This document shows, one piece after another, positions 8,494 to 16,326 of a DNA stretch of 32,000 bases; within the stretch, counting starts at the first letter, position 1; the number at the start of each line of letters is the position of its first letter. The position numbers were made by a program, and so were the translations under genes. The stretch comes from Pampinifervens diazotrophicum. Lineage in GTDB: Bacteria; Aquificota; Aquificia; Aquificales; Aquificaceae. Below the pieces are notes generated by a model. That model was not told where the DNA came from and did not search any database. It worked only from the letters and a program-made list of their open reading frames with translations. The stretch lies in contig NZ_CP117180.1 in NCBI RefSeq assembly GCF_033971325.1, forward strand, positions 1,390,472-1,422,471, given 5' to 3'.

Positions 8494-9248
8494 GGACACT
8501 GCTTTTCTTACTTCTTGGGCTTTTTAGCCTTGCCCATGCGGAGCTCATAAGGGTCTTTGCAGCCTCAGACCTGCAGTTTGCCCTAAGGGAAATTGCAAGC
8601 CTTTACATGAAAAAGTATCCAGAGGACAAGGTGGAGCTTGTACTTGGCTCCTCTGGAAAGGGTTACGCACAGGTCAGAGCTGGTGCACCCTTTCACATCT
8701 ACTTTTCTGCCAATATGAAGTATGTGGAAGAGCTCTACAAAGAAGGACATATAATAACGAAGCCAAAACCCTACGCCATTGGTAGGATAGTGGTTTGGAC
8801 CAGAAAGGACTCTCCTCTTGACCCCTCTAAGTTTCCAGAAGTGCTACTTGACCCAAAAGTCAGAAGGATAGCCATAGCCAACTGGGAGCACGCACCCTAC
8901 GGACAGGCAGCAAAGGAAGCTCTTGAGGCTTACGGTGTATTTGATAGGGTAAGGAACAAGTTTGTGCTTGGAGAAAACATATCTCAAACCGCCAGCTTTG
9001 TATACTCAGGCGCGGCGGACATTGGTATAATAGCACTTTCTTTGGCACTGGCTCCCGAACTGCAGGCAAAAGGTAAATACTGGCTAATTCCAGAAGATAA
9101 GCACGAAAGGCTTGAACAGGGCTACGGCATTACAAAAGAGGGAGGCAAGGTTAAAAACGCAAGGAGATTCTACGACTTTATAGGCTCTCCAGAGGCAAGA
9201 AGAATATTCGTCAAATACGGCTTTGTCCTACCAGGTGAAGAGAGATGA
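8490..9248 (+). CDS. modA: Molybdate ABC transporter substrate-binding protein ModA
   Basis: Signal peptide MRTLLFLLLGLFSLAHA. ModA-like core: IRVFAASDLQFAL, LVLGSSGKGYAQVRAGAPFHIYFSAN, IANWEHAPYGQAAKEAL. Followed by modB and modC. Confidence 0.85.
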   Translation: MRTLLFLLLGLFSLAHAELIRVFAASDLQFALREIASLYMKKYPEDKVELVLGSSGKGYAQVRAGAPFHIYFSANMKYVEELYKEGHIITKPKPYAIGRIVVWTRKDSPLDPSKFPEVLLDPKVRRIAIANWEHAPYGQAAKEALEAYGVFDRVRNKFVLGENISQTASFVYSGAADIGIIALSLALAPELQAKGKYWLIPEDKHERLEQGYGITKEGGKVKNARRFYDFIGSPEARRIFVKYGFVLPGEER

Positions 9249-9916
9249 TGGCGGATATAAACCCAGTTCCCATATGGCTTACGGTAAAACTTTCCATATG
9301 GACCACCATATTACTACTTATAATAGGCGTTCCACTCTCCTACTACCTTGCTTACACAAAAAGCAAGCTGGGGCTTGTTATAGAAGCTCTGGCTACCCTT
9401 CCTCTTGTCCTGCCACCAACAGTTTTGGGCTTTTACCTTCTTCTGCTTTTGAGTAAAAACGGCATTATAGGCTCTGTATGGTATAGGCTGTTTGACTACC
9501 AGCTTGTATTCCACTTTGAGGGTATAGTTATAGCCTCGGTCATATATAGCCTGCCTATGATGGTGCATCCACTTACCTCTGGTTTTAGAAGCGTGCCAAG
9601 AAATATCATAGAAGCCAGCTGGACTCTTGGAAAGTCAAAGATTGAAACCCTCTTTAGAGTGATACTTCCCAACATGAAGGCTTCTGTGCTTACTGGCATA
9701 GTGTTATCCTTTGCCCACACCATAGGAGAGTTTGGCGTGGTTTTGATGGTAGGTGGAAACATAGAGGGACAAACCCGTGTGGTATCCATAGCCATATACG
9801 ATGCGGTGGAAGCCATAGACTACAAGACCGCACACGTTTATGCAGGTCTTCTTTTCGTAGCTTCCTTTATAAGCCTTGCCATGCTCTATGCCATTAACAG
9901 GAGGTGGAGCCTGTGA
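9245..9916 (+). CDS. modB: Molybdate ABC transporter permease ModB
   Basis: 223 aa with 5-6 TM helices. EAA-type loop IIEASWTLGKSKIETLFRVILPN; ModB-typical HTIGEFGVVLMVGGNI. ATGA overlap with modA. Confidence 0.88.
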   Translation: MMADINPVPIWLTVKLSIWTTILLLIIGVPLSYYLAYTKSKLGLVIEALATLPLVLPPTVLGFYLLLLLSKNGIIGSVWYRLFDYQLVFHFEGIVIASVIYSLPMMVHPLTSGFRSVPRNIIEASWTLGKSKIETLFRVILPNMKASVLTGIVLSFAHTIGEFGVVLMVGGNIEGQTRVVSIAIYDAVEAIDYKTAHVYAGLLFVASFISLAMLYAINRRWSL

Positions 9917-10689
9917 TAAGAGCAAGGGTAAAAAAGCTCCTGCATGGCTTTGATGGAGATTTTTGGCTTGACGTAGAGCTTGAAGTAAAAGGCACGGAAT
10001 TTCTCGTTATTCTTGGACAGTCTGGTAGTGGAAAGACAACCCTTTTGAGATGTATAGCAGGGCTTGAAACACCAGAAGAGGGTTATATAGAAGTAGATGG
10101 AGAGGTTTGGTTTGACTCAAAGAGAAGGATAAACCTGCCACCTCAAAGGAGGAACGTGGGTTTTGTCTTTCAGGACTATGCCCTTTTTCCCAACATGACG
10201 GTGCTTGAAAATGTTATGTATGGAATGAGAAAAAAGGACAAAGACAGAGCCATAGAACTTCTCAGGATGGCTGGCTTGGAGGGTCTAAAGGACAAAAAAC
10301 CTGACAAACTCTCGGGAGGGCAAAAACAAAGGGTAGCCCTTTTGAGAGCCCTTGCAAAAGAGCCAAAGGTTTTACTGCTTGATGAACCTCTTTCTGCCCT
10401 TGACCCAGACCTAAGGCTTGAACTTCAAAAAGAGCTAAGGAACTTCCAAAAAAATGCCTCAATACCCGCTTTAATGGTTAGCCATGACAAGGAAGAAGCC
10501 CTAAGACTTGCGGACAGGGTAATAAGAATACACAAAGGAAAGATAGTGGAAGAGGGTGAGCCTCAAAGGATATTGGCGGATGCTCAGGCAACTCTTGTAA
10601 GCAAAAGGGAAAACCACAGAGAGGTCATACTTACCCTTAAACTTGAGGGTAAACTTGTGGAGATGAGAATAGACAAGGAAAGCCTTTAA
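9904..10689 (+). CDS. modC: Molybdate ABC transporter ATP-binding protein ModC (short C-terminal domain)
   Basis: Walker A GQSGSGKTT, Q-loop, signature LSGGQKQRVAL, Walker B LLLDEPLSALD, H-loop. An alternative GTG start at 9913 would give a GTGA overlap with modB. Confidence 0.85.
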   Translation: MEPVIRARVKKLLHGFDGDFWLDVELEVKGTEFLVILGQSGSGKTTLLRCIAGLETPEEGYIEVDGEVWFDSKRRINLPPQRRNVGFVFQDYALFPNMTVLENVMYGMRKKDKDRAIELLRMAGLEGLKDKKPDKLSGGQKQRVALLRALAKEPKVLLLDEPLSALDPDLRLELQKELRNFQKNASIPALMVSHDKEEALRLADRVIRIHKGKIVEEGEPQRILADAQATLVSKRENHREVILTLKLEGKLVEMRIDKESL

Positions 10690-10696
10690 CAAAATC

Positions 10697-10725
10697 TTAA
10701 CAAAAGGTCACTAAAATACTATAAT
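10697..10725 (+). promoter_or_regulatory. Near-consensus sigma70-type promoter (TTAACA-17 nt-TATAAT) upstream of phoU
   Basis: TTAACA at 10697-10702, an exact 17-nt spacer, TATAAT at 10720-10725. The predicted TSS is about 10731-10733, only about 6 nt before the phoU ATG at 10738. Confidence 0.55.
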
Positions 10726-10737
10726 TAATGGAGGGTC

Positions 10738-11409
10738 ATGATGAAACTTTTTCAGGAGCTTGAGGAGACGAAGAACCTTGTTTTAAAGATGGCAGGTCTT
10801 GTCAAGGAGGCTGTGGACAAGGCAATAGAGTCTTTAAACAAGCAAAGCGTGGAGCTTGCGGAAGAGGTCATAAAGGGAGATGACCAGATTGACCAGATGG
10901 AGGTGGAGATAGAGAGAAGGTGTATAAGGATGATAGCCCTATATCAGCCAGAGGCGGTAGACCTGAGGCTTATAATGGGTATTTATAAGGTAGTCTCTGA
11001 CCTTGAAAGGATTGGGGACGAGGCGGAAAACATAGCGGAAAGGTCTATACTTTTGGCACAAGAGCCACCATTAAAACCCTATGTAAATCTAACCCTTATG
11101 GCTGCAAATGTGAAAAGCATGATAGAGGATGCGGTGCTTTCCTTTTTCCAAAGGGATATAAGCCTTGCCAAAAAGGTCATAGAAAGGGACGATATGGTAG
11201 ATGAGCTATACCATCAAGTGCAAAGAGAACTTATCACCTACATGCTTGAAGACCCAAGAAACATAAAGAGGTCTATGCACCTTTCCTTTATAGCAAGGCA
11301 CTTTGAAAGGATGGCGGACCACGCAGAAAACATAGCGGAGATGACCATATACTGGTCTGAGGGAGAAATGGTAAAACACCAGCACATTAAGGAGAAGGAA
11401 ATGCATTGA
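10738..11409 (+). CDS. phoU: PhoU-family phosphate-signalling regulatory protein
   Basis: Two PhoU repeats with the conserved metal-binding motifs: SDLERIGDEAENIAE and RHFERMADHAENIAE. 223 aa. Confidence 0.9.
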   Translation: MMKLFQELEETKNLVLKMAGLVKEAVDKAIESLNKQSVELAEEVIKGDDQIDQMEVEIERRCIRMIALYQPEAVDLRLIMGIYKVVSDLERIGDEAENIAERSILLAQEPPLKPYVNLTLMAANVKSMIEDAVLSFFQRDISLAKKVIERDDMVDELYHQVQRELITYMLEDPRNIKRSMHLSFIARHFERMADHAENIAEMTIYWSEGEMVKHQHIKEKEMH

Positions 11410-13130
11410 AGCTTTACCTTGCCTTTTTCCTTTTTCTCTCTGTCTTTGTCCTCATAAACATAGCCTTTTTAGACAACCTTAGGCAAATATGGGGTATAAG
11501 CTATCCACTTGTCCTCTTGGTTATAAATCTTGACCTGCTTATCCTCTTTGTGGTCTTTGTTATATTTTTTAGAAAGTTTATAAAAACCTACCTTACTGGC
11601 AGGAGTGGTCCATTAAGGCGTAAGCTCTCCACAAGCCTTTTGCTCTACATTATAGCGCCTCTTATATTCCTTAACATAGCAACCGCCATAATACTTTTGC
11701 AATCCACCAAGTCCTTTGTGAGCGGACAGTTAAAGGAGGTGGCAAGAAGGTCAGAAGATTTAAAACTTCTTATAGAGGAAGGGGAGAAGAAAAAAATAGA
11801 GGACTATAGGAAAATTGCAGAACTTTTAAAGGAAAAGGGTGTGGAGCTTCAGGTGTTTGAAGCTTTGGAGGGTGTTAGGGTTATCAAAAATCCAAACTGC
11901 AAGGAAAGCCTTGAGGAAGAAATGGCTGTGTTGTGTATTGATGGCTACAGTGTAGTTATAAGAAGAGGCTCAGAAGTTAACTCCTTAGTCAATTACATAT
12001 ACCAGACCGCAGGTGAGTTAAGGAATATGGTAAAGGCAAGGGACATAATAGGTGGCATATACATATACTTTATAGTGCTTGCGGGTTTCGTTTCCTTTCT
12101 TTCTGCGGTATGGTTTGGCAATCTCGTTGCAAGATACATTAGCCTACCTCTTGAAAGGCTTTCACAAAAGGCTGGAGAGTTAGCAAAGGGGAACTTTGAA
12201 GTTCATGTGGAAGTGCCTCAAACGGGAGACGAGGTGCAAGAGCTTGCAAGCAGTTTTCTGAGGATGAAAGAGGAGTTAAAGGCGTTATACCAAAGGCTAA
12301 ACAGGGAAAAGGAAATTCTTTTGACCCTCTTTGATGCTCTACCGGTGGGTATAGTGTTTATATCAAAGGATGGGGAAAGGTTTTATAACAAAACCTACGA
12401 GGAGCTTGCAAAGAAAAGCAACGTAAGACAAAGCTTTATTGAGCTTGAGCTTGGAAAGGTCGTGGTTTACGAAGACCTTGAGGCGGTTATTCTTGCGGAA
12501 CGCTTTAAGACTTGGCAGATGGCGGTAAAGAGGATAGCCCATGAGATAAAAAACCCTCTCACTCCCATAAGTCTAAACCTTGAAAGACTTATAAGGTCTC
12601 TGCAAAGGGGTCAGTGTGATATGGAGCGTGTGGCACAGATGGCTGAGCTTATGCTCCAAGAGATTCAAAGGGTCAAAAAGACCATTGACCAGTTTAGAAG
12701 CCTTTCTGTGGATACAGAGCCTCAATTTAAGGATGTGGACTTGGGAGATTTGCTCAGGCAGGTCTCAAGGCTCTATGAGGGTCTTTCCATAGAGGTATAT
12801 GGCTCTTTGAAGGTGGCAGGTGACGAGAGGCTATTAAGGGACATGTTCTTCAATCTTTTTAATAACAGCCTTGAGTGGGGTGCAAAGAGGGTGTGGGTTG
12901 AGTTAAAAGAGAACATGATAATCTACAAAGACGATGGGGTGGGTATAGAGGAAGGAAAAGAAGAGCTTATTTTTATGCCATACCATTCTGAAAACCCACA
13001 GGGTATGGGTCTTGGTCTTGCTATAGTAAGGCACATAGCAGAGCTTCACGGTTGGAGTGTCAAGGCTCTTCCCAGCAAGGATGGCTTTTATATGCTTGTG
13101 GAACTGAGTCCAAGAAAGGGTAGTATCTGA
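11406..13130 (+). CDS. Sensor histidine kinase (2 TM - periplasmic/linker - HAMP - PAS - HisKA - HATPase_c; NtrY-like architecture)
   Basis: TTG start overlapping the phoU TGA. HAMP region (ISLPLERLSQKAGELAKGNFEVHVEV..GDEVQELASSF), short PAS (LFDALPVGIVFISKDGERFYN), H-box AHEIKNPLTPI, N-box FNLFNNSLEW, G-boxes DDGVGI and GMGLGLAIV. No response regulator is adjacent. Confidence 0.85.
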   Translation: MKLYLAFFLFLSVFVLINIAFLDNLRQIWGISYPLVLLVINLDLLILFVVFVIFFRKFIKTYLTGRSGPLRRKLSTSLLLYIIAPLIFLNIATAIILLQSTKSFVSGQLKEVARRSEDLKLLIEEGEKKKIEDYRKIAELLKEKGVELQVFEALEGVRVIKNPNCKESLEEEMAVLCIDGYSVVIRRGSEVNSLVNYIYQTAGELRNMVKARDIIGGIYIYFIVLAGFVSFLSAVWFGNLVARYISLPLERLSQKAGELAKGNFEVHVEVPQTGDEVQELASSFLRMKEELKALYQRLNREKEILLTLFDALPVGIVFISKDGERFYNKTYEELAKKSNVRQSFIELELGKVVVYEDLEAVILAERFKTWQMAVKRIAHEIKNPLTPISLNLERLIRSLQRGQCDMERVAQMAELMLQEIQRVKKTIDQFRSLSVDTEPQFKDVDLGDLLRQVSRLYEGLSIEVYGSLKVAGDERLLRDMFFNLFNNSLEWGAKRVWVELKENMIIYKDDGVGIEEGKEELIFMPYHSENPQGMGLGLAIVRHIAELHGWSVKALPSKDGFYMLVELSPRKGSI

Positions 13131-13576
13131 AGAACTCTTATAAGGTGGTTTTCCCATATGACCTCTAACTCCTCTTTTACCGCCTTCTCTTGGTCTTCTG
13201 GGCTTAGGCTTTTAAAGCTTTCAGACTTTACACCTCTTTCGTGTAAAAGGAGAGGGACAAAGACCTTACCCATGGCATAGAAGACAAAGGCAAGCTCTAT
13301 ATCTGAAAGTTGTGGAAAGCCATTGAAGGTCTTGTAGGTCTTTATTCCCGCCCAGTTGGTCCAATAACGCACCTCTGGGTCTTCCACCCTCTTTTCGTAG
13401 CCTCCCACATACATGGAGATGAGAGCCTTTAGAAGTCTTTCTTCCCTTTGAGGATACAGGCTGGAAATTTCTTGTGCCAATTTGTCCACATCCCTTGAGC
13501 TTATAAGCTCGTAGTCTTTTAGAAACCGCTCCTTCCAGTTTTCATACCTTATAAACTCCTGATGGGGGACTCTCAA
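13088..13576 (-). CDS. Hypothetical protein (162 aa), translationally coupled to the upstream zinc-ribbon gene
   Basis: Long ORF whose start overlaps the upstream stop by 4 nt, with thermophile-typical composition. I recognise no family. Its 3' end overlaps the convergent kinase gene by 43 nt. Confidence 0.5.
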   Translation of the reverse strand: MRVPHQEFIRYENWKERFLKDYELISSRDVDKLAQEISSLYPQREERLLKALISMYVGGYEKRVEDPEVRYWTNWAGIKTYKTFNGFPQLSDIELAFVFYAMGKVFVPLLLHERGVKSESFKSLSPEDQEKAVKEELEVIWENHLIRVLQILPFLGLSSTSI

Positions 13577-14142
13577 CCTGTTTCCTCCGACCTTTCATAC
13601 TCAGGACACTCAAGGCTTGAGGGGTCTACTTGAGGTAGGACCTCCCTTGTATCTGTATGATAGCCACAGACAAAGCACTCAATGGAGACCGCATATCCCA
13701 CATGCATATGACCTATGTCCCATCCGCAGAGAGGGCATTCACCTTCTCCAGCCTTAAGAAGCTCCATAAGCCTGTTTCCGTTTTTTAAGCTACTTTGCAC
13801 CTTTTTTACCCTATCTATAGCTTTTTGCACCTCATCGCTGTTCCACTCCGAGCCACACTCAAGGCAACGGTATTCCGCATAACTACCTTCCTTTATAAGC
13901 CTTATCACCTTGGTAGAACCGCATCGGTCATCTATGCAAACCTCTCCTATGAGCTTTCTTCCCAGCTTGTCCAATATGCTTCTAAAGTCTTCCTGTGTCA
14001 GCTTCATAGGCACATCGTAAGCCTTGTAGCCACAGCATTGGCATTCCGCCTCCACTCTTGGATAGGGCTCCTCATATTCACAGACCCTAAGTGCTATCCT
14101 TTTGCAATAGGGACATAGCTCAAGATGGGTTATACAGACCAT
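13573..14142 (-). CDS. Hypothetical triple zinc-ribbon protein (189 aa)
   Basis: Three Cys4-type knuckle pairs: CPYC..x20..CQCC; CIDDRC..x18..CLEC; CPLC..x17..CFVC. I recognise no family. Confidence 0.55.
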   Translation of the reverse strand: MVCITHLELCPYCKRIALRVCEYEEPYPRVEAECQCCGYKAYDVPMKLTQEDFRSILDKLGRKLIGEVCIDDRCGSTKVIRLIKEGSYAEYRCLECGSEWNSDEVQKAIDRVKKVQSSLKNGNRLMELLKAGEGECPLCGWDIGHMHVGYAVSIECFVCGYHTDTREVLPQVDPSSLECPEYERSEETG

Positions 14143-14156
14143 GTATCTCCTCCTTT

Positions 14157-14519
14157 TTATAACATGTTATACTTCTTCATAAGCTCCGCAAGTTCTTTGT
14201 CCTTATCTTCAAAGGGTCTTATCATAGTCCTTCTATCCCATATGGCAAAGCCTATAGTTACCGCAGTTATAGTGGCAAAAGTGCCCGCAAGTATAGCCAT
14301 AAAGGTTATAACCATATCAATTCTCTTATCTACCTGCTCTATCCTCTTGTCTATCTGCTCAAACCTTTTTTCAATTTGTTGAAAACCCACTTCCACTTTA
14401 GTCTCAAGTTTTTCCATCCTTATGTAGGTGCTTCTTAGCATTTCACGGTCTTCTTGTGTGAAGGCATCAGCGTGAGTAATAGAAGCTACCAGCAAAAGCA
14501 AAAGGAAAAGCAAACTCAT
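14157..14519 (-). CDS. Hypothetical secreted/membrane-anchored coiled-coil protein with heptad repeats (DUF1640-like appearance)
   Basis: N-terminal signal-like segment MSLLFLLLLLVASITHA. Three tandem heptads IEKRFEQ/IDKRIEQ/VDKRIDM, followed by a hydrophobic helix VITFMAILAGTFATITAVTIGFAIW. Confidence 0.55.
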   Translation of the reverse strand: MSLLFLLLLLVASITHADAFTQEDREMLRSTYIRMEKLETKVEVGFQQIEKRFEQIDKRIEQVDKRIDMVITFMAILAGTFATITAVTIGFAIWDRRTMIRPFEDKDKELAELMKKYNML

Positions 14520-14520
14520 A

Positions 14521-14934
14521 TTAATCCTCCAATATATAATCTATAACCTTTTGCAAGTCCTTTAGACCTTCCACCCTCAAACCTTCAACATCAAGCTCTC
14601 CAAGCACAACCTTTTTTACACCCTTTAAAGACTTCCATCCTTCCAAAAGAACCACATCAAAGTTTGAGAAGTATTCTTCTACCACCTTTAAAGGGTTATC
14701 TTCTCTCCTTTCCCATAGAGTTAGTCTATCTGGAGACAAAAGCCCTACTTTGTCCGCCACTTTGAAAACCCTGTTTGTGTCGCTTCCTTCCTTATCGGTT
14801 ATGCCATGAGCTTTTGGGTCATGCTTGAGGTATCCAACCTTTAAACCCTTTGCCTTAAGCTGGGGTATGAGTGCTTCTATAAGCGTGGTTTTTCCCGAGT
14901 TATGGTATCCTACTATGCTCACTATCTTTGGCAC
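14521..14934 (-). CDS. mobB: Molybdopterin-guanine dinucleotide biosynthesis adapter protein MobB
   Basis: 137 aa. P-loop VSIVGYHNSGKTTLIEALIPQLKAKGLKVGYLKH and the downstream DxxGKDS-like DKEGSDTNR are typical of MobB. Confidence 0.85.
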   Translation of the reverse strand: MPKIVSIVGYHNSGKTTLIEALIPQLKAKGLKVGYLKHDPKAHGITDKEGSDTNRVFKVADKVGLLSPDRLTLWERREDNPLKVVEEYFSNFDVVLLEGWKSLKGVKKVVLGELDVEGLRVEGLKDLQKVIDYILED

Positions 14935-15559
14935 GGGCGAGCTCCTTTATGCTTTCCATTATATCTTCCGCTACCCTTCTGTAGCCTTTAAGATTGTCCT
15001 CATCATAATAGACCTTGCTCTTGCCAATAAAAACCCTTATGGGATGTCCTGGCTTTGGAAACTTGGCACCTCTTGGAAAAACCTTGTCTGTCCCTTCTAT
15101 GTATACAGGGAGCACTGGTCTTTGGCTTTTTATTGCCAGTAAGCCTACGCCGAGCTTGGGTCTTAGAAACTCCCCTGGGTCTGCCCTTGTTCCCTCAGGA
15201 AATATGCCAACTTTACATCCAAAGTGCATAAGCTCTAAGGCAAGCTCAAGCACCTCCAAGTCTCCAGAGCCTCTCTTGACTGGTAATGCACCCATATGGG
15301 GGAGCAGTTTTCCAAGGATAGGCACTTTAAAAAGCTCTTCCTTAGCAAGAAATCTCAAAGGCTCTGGAAAAACGCTGTTTAGCACTGGAGGGTCAAGGTG
15401 GCTTCTGTGATTGCTTACCACTATGCAAGGCTCCTTTGGAATATTCTCAAGCCCGTAGGCTTCTATGCGAAAGAGACTTCTAAAAGCCCTCTTAACAGAG
15501 GGACAAAAAGGAGCAAGGAAAATTTTTGAAAACCTGCTTACAGGACAAGCACTGGACAT
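14900..15559 (-). CDS. plsC: 1-acyl-sn-glycerol-3-phosphate acyltransferase (PlsC family)
   Basis: Acyltransferase motif I NHRSHLDPP (HX4D), motif III FPEGTR, and the FLAKEELF block. The exact start is uncertain. Confidence 0.82.
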   Translation of the reverse strand: MSSACPVSRFSKIFLAPFCPSVKRAFRSLFRIEAYGLENIPKEPCIVVSNHRSHLDPPVLNSVFPEPLRFLAKEELFKVPILGKLLPHMGALPVKRGSGDLEVLELALELMHFGCKVGIFPEGTRADPGEFLRPKLGVGLLAIKSQRPVLPVYIEGTDKVFPRGAKFPKPGHPIRVFIGKSKVYYDEDNLKGYRRVAEDIMESIKELARAKDSEHSRIP

Positions 15560-16326
15560 TTCAAACTCCTTATAAGATGAAGGGAAACACTGCCTATTCT
15601 TTCTCTCATACCCTTGCCTCTTCTTCCCACAACTACCAAGTCATACCGAGATGAGTTTATAAACTTAACCATCTCCCTGTATGGGTCTCCCTCCAGAAAT
15701 ATCAGGTTCATGTCCCTTTCGCCAAACATGTCTGTAAACATATGCCTTGCCTCTTCTTTCTTATCCTCAAGACGCTTTTCGTAATCGCTAATAACCAGCT
15801 TATCCTTTAACCTGCTTATGTTGATAGAATAGACCAAGTCAAAATCAAAGGGTATAAACTCCCTTAACTTAAGGGCAAATTCTACTTGCCTTATAGACCT
15901 ATCGGAAAAGTCTATTGGAAGGCACACTTTCCTTACGCTTGTATTAGCTCCATCTTTATAAACCCACAACCCCAAACCATCAGTTCCAGATATTATCCAT
16001 TCTGGCACAGACTTGCGAAATAGCTGTTTCTTGTATTTTACGAATATCAGGTCATAGTTTTCCTGAAGGTGCTCAAGGGTGGCATTATTAGAGCTTGGTA
16101 GAGTGTAAAACTCGTAGTCTTCAAATAGCTCCTCTATGTGTTTTCTTATGGCTTTTTCCCTTTCTTCGGAAGGCTTTGAAAAGAAGTTCACAAGGTCTCC
16201 AAGAAGGTTTTCCTCCTCTACAAAAAGGAAGTTAGGCTTTATGTTAAGCCTGGAAAGCAAACTCTTTACATATCTAAGATACTCGTAGTCCTCTTCCCAT
16301 ATATGGACTGCAACTCTTCCAAACAT
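15538..16326 (-). CDS. Universal stress protein (Usp)-like protein, tandem-domain appearance
   Basis: The C-terminal YDLVVVGRRGKGMRERIGSVSLHLIRSLKCPVLVL matches the Usp C-terminal nucleotide-binding region. The N-terminal half is divergent. TAATG overlap with the thrS stop. Confidence 0.55.
   Translation of the reverse strand: MFGRVAVHIWEEDYEYLRYVKSLLSRLNIKPNFLFVEEENLLGDLVNFFSKPSEEREKAIRKHIEELFEDYEFYTLPSSNNATLEHLQENYDLIFVKYKKQLFRKSVPEWIISGTDGLGLWVYKDGANTSVRKVCLPIDFSDRSIRQVEFALKLREFIPFDFDLVYSINISRLKDKLVISDYEKRLEDKKEEARHMFTDMFGERDMNLIFLEGDPYREMVKFINSSRYDLVVVGRRGKGMRERIGSVSLHLIRSLKCPVLVL

Noticed and set aside
9223-9456. A 77-aa ORF in an alternative frame overlapping the modA end and modB start, and similar short alternative-frame or antisense ORFs (688-888, 2091-2291, 4380-4673, 15015-15410, 17229-17489).
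   Set aside because: All lie inside confidently identified genes and have no supporting motifs. They are typical six-frame noise.
10690-10737. phoU considered as the fifth gene of the mod operon, which would imply a Mo-specific PhoU.
   Set aside because: A strong independent promoter (TTAACA-17-TATAAT) occupies the 48-nt modC-phoU gap, so co-regulation with modABC is not required. Read-through cannot be excluded because there is no terminator.
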